Shown here: positions 9,646 to 19,003 of the stretch, in pieces
How positions within the stretch are numbered: position 1 is the first letter of the stretch
Layout: every line of letters begins with the position of its first letter
Assembly (NCBI GenBank): GCA_022562055.1
Contig: JADFQA010000009.1
Span: 17,255-81,254, forward strand
DNA length: 64,000 nucleotides
Direction: 5' to 3'
Source: Acidobacteriota bacterium
GTDB lineage: Bacteria; Actinomycetota; Acidimicrobiia; Spongiisociales; UBA5794
The notes under the pieces: generated by a model
Database searches by the model: none
What the model saw: the letters and a program-made list of their open reading frames with translations, nothing else
Told to the model about the DNA's origin: nothing
Program-made: the position numbers and the translations under genes

Positions 9646-9879
9646 AAGGGGGTTTGCAGCATAGTTACAAGGATGTAACTACGTCAAGGGCATTCCCCAA
9701 ATGGATGGTTCTTGCAGCATATGGCGAGGCAGTGACATTTGTACCGCGCCACGCCACAAAAGAGCAAGTCGAAACCGTAGTTTTGTTTCGCGATGTGGGG
9801 AGGTTTTTCGCGTACTTGACCGAATCCGGAGCCGTTGCTGTATTCTGGCTTGCGGAGACGGGCTGGTTCTGGAGGACCT

Positions 9880-10629
9880 ATGAAAAAGATTGTTCTTGCG
9901 GTACTGGTAGGCGTCCTTGCCACCGTCCTAGTCGGTCCGGCGAGTGCTTCGGTCACTCAAGGGGACTGCGCCGGCAGCGCGACCATCCTTGGTGTCACCT
10001 ACACACCAGACAACGACACCCCTGGCAACCCAATTTTGTTGCCGAATCGGGACGGTGTTGTCATTCCCTACGAAGGCGGAGTGGGGTTTGTAAACACCAA
10101 CCACTCAGGTGAGATCGGTGTAACCGTTGCCGGTATCAACATCAAGGTCGACGATTGGGCGGGGACCAACGAGGACGACGATCGACAGACGATGTCCGAG
10201 TACCGACTCGACGAGTTCTACCAACTGCTCGACGACCGGGTTCCGGGTGGACGGGTTCCCGGATTATGGCGTCTCTGGGTGACTCACAATGCCGACGGTG
10301 GCAACTGTACAGCGTTTGCGCTCGTGAAAATCGAAGGCAACCCACTGGCAACACCGCTCGGTGCCGCAGTGCTGATCATGACCGTCATCGCTCTCGGTCT
10401 CATGTTTCGTAGTCTCTACGTCAAAGTGATCAGCAAAACGGTCAAACATCGGATCGCTCTTGGAGTCATTGCAGGGCTGTTCCTCGGACTCGGCATCGGG
10501 ATTCTCACGTTTATGTATGGATTCCGAACGCTTGACACCACAGTTGTCTTCATCTTTCCGCTCATCGCGGCGATTGTCGGATTCCTGCTCGCAAAGTGGG
10601 GTCCCATGGGGCGACCGGTCAACTTGTAA
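9880..10629 (+). CDS. Hypothetical exported, membrane-anchored protein
   Basis: GGAGG RBS with ATG at 9880. Signal peptide MKKIVLAVLVGVLATVLVGPASA, an extracellular domain with 2 Cys, and three C-terminal hydrophobic helices. Confidence 0.8.
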   Translation: MKKIVLAVLVGVLATVLVGPASASVTQGDCAGSATILGVTYTPDNDTPGNPILLPNRDGVVIPYEGGVGFVNTNHSGEIGVTVAGINIKVDDWAGTNEDDDRQTMSEYRLDEFYQLLDDRVPGGRVPGLWRLWVTHNADGGNCTAFALVKIEGNPLATPLGAAVLIMTVIALGLMFRSLYVKVISKTVKHRIALGVIAGLFLGLGIGILTFMYGFRTLDTTVVFIFPLIAAIVGFLLAKWGPMGRPVNL

Positions 10630-10683
10630 CGGACTCTGGCGCTGCTCACGACCGTATACGGTCGTGGCTAGCGCCAGAGTCCG
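10630..10683. terminator. 54-nt near-perfect hairpin between convergent genes
   Basis: CGGACTCTGGCGCT / AGCGCCAGAGTCCG outer stem plus an inner palindrome CACGACCGTATACGGTCGTG. Confidence 0.75.
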
Positions 10684-10695
10684 AGAACCGGCCGG

Positions 10696-12744
10696 CTACT
10701 GGTACCAGCGGACGAAAGACTTCCGTTCCAAGGTATCAAGAGAGGACTGCAGTAGGCCGCCTTCAGAGATGGTGTACACCACCTCACCGATAACGACGCT
10801 ACGCCGGACTTGTGACTCCCAATCCCACGGGTTGTGGTGATCGTTCGTGTTCGAGATGCGCTTCACTTCACGGATCCCATCCTTGGTGATCTCGAGCCCG
10901 ATAGCGCCAACAAAACCTTGTTCAGTGCCGGTTTCGTCATTCCACGAGTATGTTGTGATGGGGAGGACAACAAGGCCAGTCGGTTCCCAGTACAAGAAGG
11001 CACGGTGGTCCCACTCAGCCTCAGAGTTGCCGTTCTCGATCGTGTACTTGTCGATACGCTTTGGATTGGCAGGGTCAGAGACATCGAACAACGACACCTG
11101 AGTCCCAAGCACTCTGCCGTTGTCCGTCGCTGCCTGGCCGACACCGATCAAGAGATCGTCCGAGATGGGGTGCAGATAGGCTGAGTAGCCGGGGATCTTT
11201 AGCTCCCCTACGACTTTCGGGTCGGTGGGGTCTGACAGGTCGAGTGTGTACAGCGGGTCGGTCTGGCGGAAGGTGACGACATAACCGACGTCACCGATGA
11301 ATCGGACTGCGAAGATGCGCTCAGACTTGCCGATTCCGCCAACCTGGCCGATTGTCTCTAGGGTGCCGTCCTTCTCCGTGAGAACGGTGATGAAGCTCTC
11401 GGACTCTTGATCGCCACGCCAGTCGGGCTGTGAAGTCGAAGCGACTCGCAGATCGCCGTTGTACTCGGACATTGACCATTGCGACAACATGTAACCCTTG
11501 ACAGATCCGCTGCCGCGGTACGTGACGCTGTCGGGGTCTGAGATGTCGAATTTGTGAATGTCGGTTGTGGCCTCGTTGACCACGGTGGCAATCGCGTTCG
11601 AATCTTCAATGGCCTGCCAGTCGACCCAACGGTTGGTGGCGATGTAGAGAGCATCGGTCGACGCGTACACCGTTTCACCGCTGGAAAGCACGCCCGTGGC
11701 GGCCTTCACGTCGAGTCCTTTGGATATGTCGATCGTGACTATCGAGATCATGTCGAGACCGGCGAAGTCTGCGGGTGCGTTGGCCTCGTTGCAGGACAGC
11801 AGAGCTCCTTGCTTTTTGACGGTGACCCGTCCGTTGTCTGAGACGGTTTCGAGCACGTAGTACGGGACCCAGTTTTCGATCGTCGAATCTTCAATGATCT
11901 GCTTGTTGGCTTCCGTTGCTTGACGTTCGGCGCGCAGACCAGAACCTTCCGGCTGGACAAACTGGAGGCCGACGGGGGACGAGTTGACGACAAGTCGGAC
12001 CGTGTCACCGATCATGCGGGCGCTGACATAGCGGCCGTCCATCTCGAGCTGCCTTGTCACTCGCATGTTGTCTCCGTCTGAGATATCGACCTCGACGATC
12101 GAGAGGGTGCTTGAGAAGCCGCCCCCGTACCCCTGGCCCGACCGCGATGCGAAGTTGCTTGTGTAGACGTCTCCATAACCCTGTGCGATGAGCAACACCG
12201 TGTCGCCCGAAAGCAGCATGTCCTGGATGTACAGGTCGCCGAGCCTCAGCGTGCCCCGCAGTTGCGGGCTAGCACCGGTTACGTCGACGTATCGCAGCTC
12301 GCCGTTGGTGAGGACCAGCAACCGCCTGCCGTCGGTCTTTACGATGTCGGGTTCGTCGACACCCTTCTCCTGTACGTTGGTCGTCGAAAAGGCTGGTGTC
12401 GATTTCGCACCGCTCTCGTACGCTATCGACGCTGCCGCGGTGGTTGGCACGACGCGCTGAGCGGAAGAGTCCAATTCGGCGGCCAAGATTCCGTCTTCCA
12501 AGATGGCCGGGAAGCCCCACCCGTATCCGAAACCGTACGGACCCACGATGTCTTTGGCGTGAGATTTCACGTACGACAAGAAATCGTCGCATGCGTTGAA
12601 GCTTTGCAGCGAGAATTCATGGATTGCGGGGTCGATCCTGGGGAACTCGCGTTGGCCGACCGTTGGTTCGGATGAGGTCTGAGTGCAGGTAGCGGCGATC
12701 AAACTGAGTGCCGTGGCTGCAAGAAGGATTCTGGTTGTTTTCAT
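10696..12744 (-). CDS. Beta-propeller domain lipoprotein (Beta_propel / COG4880-like)
   Basis: Lipobox-like LIAATC; STTNVQEKGVDEPDIVKTDG, MSEYNGDLRVA, ERIFAVRF, VVTFRQTDPL, GELKIPGYSAYLHP and WDHRAF. Confidence 0.88.
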   Translation of the reverse strand: MKTTRILLAATALSLIAATCTQTSSEPTVGQREFPRIDPAIHEFSLQSFNACDDFLSYVKSHAKDIVGPYGFGYGWGFPAILEDGILAAELDSSAQRVVPTTAAASIAYESGAKSTPAFSTTNVQEKGVDEPDIVKTDGRRLLVLTNGELRYVDVTGASPQLRGTLRLGDLYIQDMLLSGDTVLLIAQGYGDVYTSNFASRSGQGYGGGFSSTLSIVEVDISDGDNMRVTRQLEMDGRYVSARMIGDTVRLVVNSSPVGLQFVQPEGSGLRAERQATEANKQIIEDSTIENWVPYYVLETVSDNGRVTVKKQGALLSCNEANAPADFAGLDMISIVTIDISKGLDVKAATGVLSSGETVYASTDALYIATNRWVDWQAIEDSNAIATVVNEATTDIHKFDISDPDSVTYRGSGSVKGYMLSQWSMSEYNGDLRVASTSQPDWRGDQESESFITVLTEKDGTLETIGQVGGIGKSERIFAVRFIGDVGYVVTFRQTDPLYTLDLSDPTDPKVVGELKIPGYSAYLHPISDDLLIGVGQAATDNGRVLGTQVSLFDVSDPANPKRIDKYTIENGNSEAEWDHRAFLYWEPTGLVVLPITTYSWNDETGTEQGFVGAIGLEITKDGIREVKRISNTNDHHNPWDWESQVRRSVVIGEVVYTISEGGLLQSSLDTLERKSFVRWYQ

Positions 12745-12924
12745 GTGCGACTCCTAGCCTGTGTCGCCGCTATGACGCACGGAACCGTCACGCAGGTTCC
12801 CAAGATCTCGTCCGTCGGCGTGCCCTCGTACGGCGTACCGCGGTGGAATGGCCGTCAGACAGGGGAGGTAGGAGGCGGGGAGCTATGGTGACGCGCTACA
12901 TTGGCTGGCCGACGTGGAGCAACG

Positions 12925-14730
12925 GTGACCGACTACCCGATCTGGCAACCCGACCCTGACGACTACGCCGCGACGAACGTTGCGGCCCTGGCAGCGCGGG
13001 TGAGGGTCGACTCGTACGAAGCGCTGCACACCTGGTCAGTCGACAACCGTGCCGAGTACTGGGCCGAAGCAATCAACGATCTCGGGATTGTTTTCGAGAC
13101 GCCGCCATCGCAAGTCCTGGATCTGACCGACGGTGTCGAACAACCCGTGTGGCTTCCAGGAGCCCGGCTGAACATCGTCGCCTCATGTTTCACTACGGAT
13201 CCGAAAGCCACCGCCGTCGTTCACCGTCGCAATGGCGTCCTCCATTCAGTGACGTACGCGGATCTGCTGTCCCAAGTGCAAGCTTTCGCCGCGGGTTTCG
13301 CCGCGGCTGGTTTGCGCCCCGGCGACGCGGTTGCGATTGCAATGCCGATGCTGCTCGAGGCGGTAGTTGCGTACCTTGGCATCATCTACGCCGGTGGTAT
13401 TGCGGTGTCCATTGCTGACAGCTTTGCACCGGACGAGATTGCAACCCGATTACGAATTTCGGATACCAAGGCCATTGTCACGCAGGACGCAACGGTGCGG
13501 TCCGGCCGTACACTTCCGATGTTTGACAAGGTCGTTGCCGCGGGTGCGCCGATGGCGATCGTCGTGTCGACGGGCGCAGATGCGGCGCTACGGGGCGAGG
13601 ACGTTTTCTGGGACGACTTCGTAGGCGAAGGGTCCGTAGAGCCTGTCATCGGAACGTCCAAGACCCACATCACGATCCTGTTCTCTTCCGGCACGACGGG
13701 TGATCCGAAGGCGATCCCGTGGACGCACATCAATCCGATCAAGGCCGCCGCGGACGCTTATTACCACCACGACATTCAGCCCAACGACGTGCTCGGGTGG
13801 CCAACAAACATGGGGTGGGTCATGGGACCGTGGCTGGTGTTCGCAGCTCTTGTGAACGGTGCCTCGATGGTGTTGTTTGACGATGCCCCGACCGGTGAAG
13901 ATTTTGGACGGTTTGTGCAGGACACCGGCGTGACGATGTTGGGTGTAGTCCCATCGCTGGTAGCCGCGTGGGTGGAGTCTGGCTGCATGGAGGATCTCGA
14001 TTGGTCGACTATTCGGCGGTTTTCGTCAACGGGAGAATCCTCGAACCCCGACCACATGGTGTACCTCATGGCGCTGGCGGGCAACGTCCCTGTCATTGAG
14101 TACTGCGGAGGGACCGAGATTGGCGGCGCATACATCACGTCCACGATGGTGCAGCCGTCCGCACCATCGATGTTTACGACGCCAACCCTAGGACTTGACG
14201 TTGTGATTCTTGATGACGAAGGGAGGGAGGCTGAGTTGGGAGACCTGTATCTGGTTCCGCCGTCGATTGGGTTGAGTCAAGAGTTGCTGATCCGCGATCA
14301 CCACGAGGTGTATTACGCGGACTTGCCGAAGTTTGGTCGACCTCTGCGCAGGCATGGCGACTATTTCCGTTACGTCCGTGGTGTCGGGTACCGCGCAATG
14401 GGGCGAACCGACGACACCATGAACCTAGGTGGTATCAAGGTGTCGTCCGCCGAGATTGAGCGTGTTGTCGACGATGCCGGTGTCGTTGGTGAGGTCGCCG
14501 CAGTTGCGGTGTCTCCGCCTGGGGGAGGACCGTCAGACCTTGTGTTGTTCGTAACGGGCGCAACGGTGTCGGGCGCTGAGTTGCTCTCGGTTTTGCAGGA
14601 GGCGATCCGTTCGCATCTCAACCCGCTGTTCAAGATCTACGACGTGGTCGAGGTTGAAGAGCTACCGCGGACGGCGTCACAGAAGGTTATGCGTAGATCG
14701 TTGCGCGCCGACTACAAAGCATCTCACTAG
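12925..14730 (+). CDS. AMP-binding acyl-CoA synthetase (acetate/acetoacetate-CoA ligase-like)
   Basis: LFSSGTTGDPK, YCGGTEIGG, GRTDD and PRTASQKVMRR. Likely GTG start at 12925 after GGAG. Confidence 0.9.
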   Translation: MTDYPIWQPDPDDYAATNVAALAARVRVDSYEALHTWSVDNRAEYWAEAINDLGIVFETPPSQVLDLTDGVEQPVWLPGARLNIVASCFTTDPKATAVVHRRNGVLHSVTYADLLSQVQAFAAGFAAAGLRPGDAVAIAMPMLLEAVVAYLGIIYAGGIAVSIADSFAPDEIATRLRISDTKAIVTQDATVRSGRTLPMFDKVVAAGAPMAIVVSTGADAALRGEDVFWDDFVGEGSVEPVIGTSKTHITILFSSGTTGDPKAIPWTHINPIKAAADAYYHHDIQPNDVLGWPTNMGWVMGPWLVFAALVNGASMVLFDDAPTGEDFGRFVQDTGVTMLGVVPSLVAAWVESGCMEDLDWSTIRRFSSTGESSNPDHMVYLMALAGNVPVIEYCGGTEIGGAYITSTMVQPSAPSMFTTPTLGLDVVILDDEGREAELGDLYLVPPSIGLSQELLIRDHHEVYYADLPKFGRPLRRHGDYFRYVRGVGYRAMGRTDDTMNLGGIKVSSAEIERVVDDAGVVGEVAAVAVSPPGGGPSDLVLFVTGATVSGAELLSVLQEAIRSHLNPLFKIYDVVEVEELPRTASQKVMRRSLRADYKASH

Positions 14731-14866
14731 CCCTCCCCTGCGCGCACACCACTTGAAACCACCGCACATTGATGCACAAATGGACGCCAGAACGCGGTCG
14801 GGTGCTCTGGGTGTCCATGCTGGGTGGCAGTTAGGACACCGTCGGAGCGTTTCTGTCCCAGCTCTC

Positions 14867-15023
14867 TGAACCCGCCCGAGGAACACCACTGTTTTGTTTG
14901 AGTCCGGCTGTGTCGCCGGGACTGTTGTCACGGTAGTAGTTGGCTTCGTGTTCGGCTGGCGAGATGTCTCCTATCGGCTGAAGGATGCGTTTGTGGTTGA
15001 ACCAGTCGACCCATTCCAACGTG
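14867..15023 (-). mobile_element. IS3-family remnant: 3' end of the transposase plus terminal inverted repeat
   Basis: Minus-strand TTLEWVDWFNHKRILQPIGDISPAEHEANYY (rve_3 tail). The end TGAACCCGCCCGAGG at 14867 resembles IS6110-type ends. Confidence 0.8.
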
Positions 15024-15157
15024 GTGCCCTCGACGCTGTCGCTCTCGCCCTCAACACCCGCCCCCGCAAGACCCTCGGCTGGAGAACACCCACCGAGGCC
15101 CTCAACGATCATCTACTCTCACTCCAACAAGGCGGTGTTGCAACGACCCCTTGAACC
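15024..15157 (+). mobile_element. IS30-family remnant: 3' end of the transposase plus right inverted repeat
   Basis: LDAVALALNTRPRKTLGWRTPTEALND...GGVATTP* followed by the end GTGTTGCAACGACCCCTTGAACC. Confidence 0.85.
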
Positions 15158-16392
15158 TGAGGTTGTATCGATATCAAACCCGGACCCACCCGATTTGGTA
15201 GCGGTGTTCGCGATAGTGTTTCCGACGGTTCCAGCGTCGACCGTTGCAACGATTGTGAGCGTCTCGGTGACCCCGTTCGCAAGCGTACCGACATCCCAGA
15301 TGCCCGTGCCAGACGAATACGTGCCCTGCGTGGTCGATGCCGAGACGAATGTCAGGCCGCCAGGAAGTGCGTCAGTCACTTGGACGCTTGTCGATGTGTT
15401 GGCTCCGTTGTTTGAAGCCGTCACGGTGAACGTGACCGTGTCACCAGGGTCCGGCGTGGCGTTGTCGACGTCCTTGGTGATTCCAATGTCCGCTGACTGG
15501 ATTGCGGAGGTGAGAACAAACGAGGACAAAAGTATAAAGTCGTTGCCGGACGACATGCGGAGCTGCGTCGACGTGGTGCCGGCGGAAAGGGCGCCGGACG
15601 GTACCGCCATGAGGTCCATGTCGACCGCCACTGCAGTCGATAAGTTCCATTGGTTGTCTCCCGAGCTGACGACCGTGCCGTTCACACGGAACCGCTCAAG
15701 AAATCCGTTGCGGGAACCGCTTAGGCCCGAGTCGCCCTCGAACAAGAGTACCTCTATGGCCCCGATTGCAGAGGCCGCCAATGGAGGGTGAGAGACGTTG
15801 ACCGTAATCTCGCTGCCGTACACGATCTCAAGTCCCGAGTAGAAGTTGAGCTGCACAACGGGCAATGTTGCGTCCTCGTAGAACACGTAGATTGTTGCAC
15901 TCTTCATCACGGTCGCGAAGGTGCACCACGGTGCTCCAGTGGACGAGGTGATATCCGCAATCGTGTATGAACCGCCTGCGGCTGACACTAACGAGGTGAT
16001 GTCGGCGCGAGTCTGGTAGTAACCCTCGGTGGGGTCGAAAAAGTCCTGTACTGCGACACCGGTTACAGATGTTCCGTTCACCGTTGCTGTCGTGTCCGTG
16101 GTGTTACCGGACGCAGCCCACACCAGGTATGCGGTGTTGATCGTCGCCCCAGCCGGTGCTGCGGGGAGAACGATCGTCGAACTCGCCGACAGCGAGCAGG
16201 CGGCGGTCATGAATGATGCACTTGCGTTGTACGTCCCGAATCGTCCCTGGAATGTCTGGACCGACGTCGGAATTACGGCCTGAGCTACCGGAGCATTTGC
16301 TACCAAGCCAAGGCGACGATGAGGAATGCGAGACTCAGAACATGAGCCCTCCTCAGAAAAGAATGTACGACGTGGCCACCCACCATTGTCAT
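15158..16392 (-). pseudogene. Secreted DUF11-domain surface protein, frameshifted near 16310 and truncated at the 3' end by the IS30 end
   Basis: ATG at 16392 gives MTMVGGHVVHSFLRRAHVLSLAFLIVAL, which joins GLVANAPVAQA in another frame. DUF11 motif ADIGITKDVDNATPDPGDTVTFTVTASNNG..VTDALP..WDVGTLANG. The frame runs into the IS30 inverted repeat. Confidence 0.75.
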
Positions 16393-16598
16393 CTCGCTTT
16401 CGCGGGTCGTTGTACGACCAAGAAGCGAGCCTGCCGATAAGGGTGCGAACGATTTCGGGGGGTGCTGTCTTGGCATCACCAGTTGTGTCGTAGAATCGGG
16501 CTAGTCACATATGACCTTGAGATATTTCGGCCAAGGCGACCGAACATCCCGGCCTAGTCGAACCGCCACCCCGATCCCGATCCGAACCGGAGTCCTCG

Positions 16599-17852
16599 AT
16601 GACCGCCAATCGACATGACGCAGAGGAAGTCACAGCGCACCTGACGCTGTCGTCCGAGATCTACATAAAGTCCGATTCGGTGAGCCGCAAGTTCGCGAAG
16701 CGGCTTCGTAAGAACATCCGTGCAGCACTCAGGCCGATCGATGTGCAAATGCGATCTCTTGGCAAGGCGCGCATCGAGATCAAAACCACGGAGTACAAGA
16801 CACTTGCGGATCGTCTTGCAACCGTGTTTGGCATACAGTCGATCGCTCGGGTTGAGACATTCGAGTTCTCCACGCTCGACGAACTCATCGAGCTACTCAC
16901 GCCACGCACGCAGCCGCTCGTTGTAGGAAAACGTTTCGCGGTGCGGGTGAAGCGCAGAGGTGCACACGACTGGCGGGCTGCCGATCTCGAGGCTGCGCTT
17001 GGCGCTGCTCTCTATGACTCTTCGGCGGGTGTTGACCTCACAAATCCGGAGGCGACCGTTCGAGTGAGGATTGAGGGCCACCGCGCCCACGTCACGCTTG
17101 ATCGCATCGAAGGTGCGGGCGGGATGCCGCTCGGCAGCCAGGGGCGCGCACTCGTGTTGCTATCCGGCGGATTCGATTCTCCAGTGGCTGCGTGGTCTCT
17201 GATGAGTCGTGGTGTTGCCGTGGAGTTCGTCCACTTCAGACTTGAATGCTCGCAAGCCGATCATGCCATTGCTGTTGCCCAGCAACTGTGGGAGAAGTGG
17301 GGGACCGGCAGTGGAGGCCGTGTGCACGTCATCGAGTTCCAGCCCATCAAGGACGCGTTGCGCGACCAGCTCGATGCGCGACTTCGCCAAATTGTCCTCA
17401 AACGTTTGATGATGGTCGCGGGTGACGGGGTCGCCGGGCGCCTGGGGATTCCTGTACTTGCGACTGGCGAAGCCATTGGTCAGGTTTCGTCGCAAACGTT
17501 CCCGCACCTTGTCGAGCTTGATCAAACGATCCAGCGACCGATCTTTCGACCGTTGCTGACCGCGGACAAAAACTCGATCATCGAGACCTCCCGACGTATC
17601 GGGACCTTCGACCTCTCGTCGAGGGCGATAGAAGTGTGCGACCTGTCCGACGGGAGGCCGGTAGCCACTCAGGCTAAACGTCGAGACATCGTCGCGGCTG
17701 AAGCAACGCTGGGGAGTGACATCGTTGCGGATGCTCTTGCTGACTGGGAGATAGTTGACCTGGCAACCTGGCTTCCCGGCGAACCGTTGCGGCGCTTCGA
17801 CCCGGTAAAAGATGTGCCAGCCTTTCTCAGGCCGGACTCGTTGCCGGCATGA
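16599..17852 (+). CDS. thiI: tRNA 4-thiouridine synthase (THUMP + PP-loop, no rhodanese domain)
   Basis: N-terminal EIYIKS, THUMP FAVRVKRRG, PP-loop LLSGGFDS, TGEAIGQVSSQT and RPL. Confidence 0.9.
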   Translation: MTANRHDAEEVTAHLTLSSEIYIKSDSVSRKFAKRLRKNIRAALRPIDVQMRSLGKARIEIKTTEYKTLADRLATVFGIQSIARVETFEFSTLDELIELLTPRTQPLVVGKRFAVRVKRRGAHDWRAADLEAALGAALYDSSAGVDLTNPEATVRVRIEGHRAHVTLDRIEGAGGMPLGSQGRALVLLSGGFDSPVAAWSLMSRGVAVEFVHFRLECSQADHAIAVAQQLWEKWGTGSGGRVHVIEFQPIKDALRDQLDARLRQIVLKRLMMVAGDGVAGRLGIPVLATGEAIGQVSSQTFPHLVELDQTIQRPIFRPLLTADKNSIIETSRRIGTFDLSSRAIEVCDLSDGRPVATQAKRRDIVAAEATLGSDIVADALADWEIVDLATWLPGEPLRRFDPVKDVPAFLRPDSLPA

Positions 17853-19003
17853 CCGAGGTGGTTACCGGCACCCTGCTCAACCCGTCACTGCATATCGCGT
17901 TTAGCCTTTCGCTCGCCGTGGCCGGTGCGTTTCTCATTCTCGGCACAATGCTGTCGGCGGTACGCACTGTGATCTTGCCGCGTGGCACATCCTCACTCAT
18001 GAACTGGATTGTGTTCCGACTCTCACATGCTTCGTTCTCAGGATTTTCGCGTCGACGGAAAACGTACGAGCAACGTGACCATGTGATGGCGCACTTTGCG
18101 CCTGTGAGTCTTGTCCTGCTGGGGATGTTCTGGCTGGCAGCGGTGGCGAGTGGGTACTCGCTGTTGTACTGGGCGACCGGCGCCGACTCACTGGCGTCGG
18201 GGCTGGTGCTGAGCGGCTCTTCGCTGACGACCCTGGGATTCATTGCGCCAGCGTTTGGGGTCCATCAGGCGCTGGGATACTCCGAGGCGATCCTGGGGCT
18301 ATTCCTTGGCGCCCTCATGATCACCTACTTCCCGTCCCTGTACGGAGTGTTTGCTCGGCGGGAGGTGCAGGTTGCGTCGCTCGAGGTACGTGCCGGGACG
18401 CCCCCGTCCGCGGGCGCGTTCATCATACGATTTCATCAGATCGGCTGGCTCGATCGTTTGGACGAAACGTTCCTCGCGTGGGAACGCTGGTTTGCAGAGT
18501 TGGAGGAATCACACACGTCGTATCCGGCACTCATCTTTTTCAGATCTCCGGTTGCTGACCGTTCGTGGATCACCGCTGCTGGGACGGTTCTCGATGCGGC
18601 AGCTCTTTCGCACTCTTGCGTTGACGTGAAGTATCCCCGGGGTTCGGCGGCGGTGTGCATCCGTTCGGGTTTCCTGGCTCTGCGGCGTCTGGCCGATTTC
18701 TTCGGGCTTGCTTATAACAAAAACCCGGAGCCGAGCGACCCAATAACGATCATGCGTTCCGAATTCGATGCCGTGTGGGACGACATGGAGCGAGCTGGTG
18801 TTCCGCTTGTCGACGACAAAGATCAGGCCTGGTTGGACTACTCGGGCTGGCGGGTGAACTACGACTCGCTGGTCCTGGATTTCGCTGAGATCACAATGGC
18901 ACCGTACGCACCCTGGACTTCGGATCGGTCCTCGCTCAGCCATCAGCGGCCCCGCATCGCTCGTTTCGGCAACGCAGCCGTAGATTCGTTCCCTGTCCAG
19001 TGA
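17849..19003 (+). CDS. Ion-channel-like membrane protein (pore-loop type) with a soluble C-terminal domain
   Basis: TM helices flank a pore-helix-like SGSSLTTLGF. C-terminal YPALIFFRS..SWITA. ATGA overlap with thiI. Confidence 0.65.
   Translation: MTEVVTGTLLNPSLHIAFSLSLAVAGAFLILGTMLSAVRTVILPRGTSSLMNWIVFRLSHASFSGFSRRRKTYEQRDHVMAHFAPVSLVLLGMFWLAAVASGYSLLYWATGADSLASGLVLSGSSLTTLGFIAPAFGVHQALGYSEAILGLFLGALMITYFPSLYGVFARREVQVASLEVRAGTPPSAGAFIIRFHQIGWLDRLDETFLAWERWFAELEESHTSYPALIFFRSPVADRSWITAAGTVLDAAALSHSCVDVKYPRGSAAVCIRSGFLALRRLADFFGLAYNKNPEPSDPITIMRSEFDAVWDDMERAGVPLVDDKDQAWLDYSGWRVNYDSLVLDFAEITMAPYAPWTSDRSSLSHQRPRIARFGNAAVDSFPVQ

Noticed and set aside
14677-14866. Cys-rich minus-strand ORF (CPNCH...CASMC) as a zinc finger or cytochrome
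   Set aside because: It runs out of the IS3 end and into the convergent synthetase gene, and has no RBS or export signal. Likely chance.
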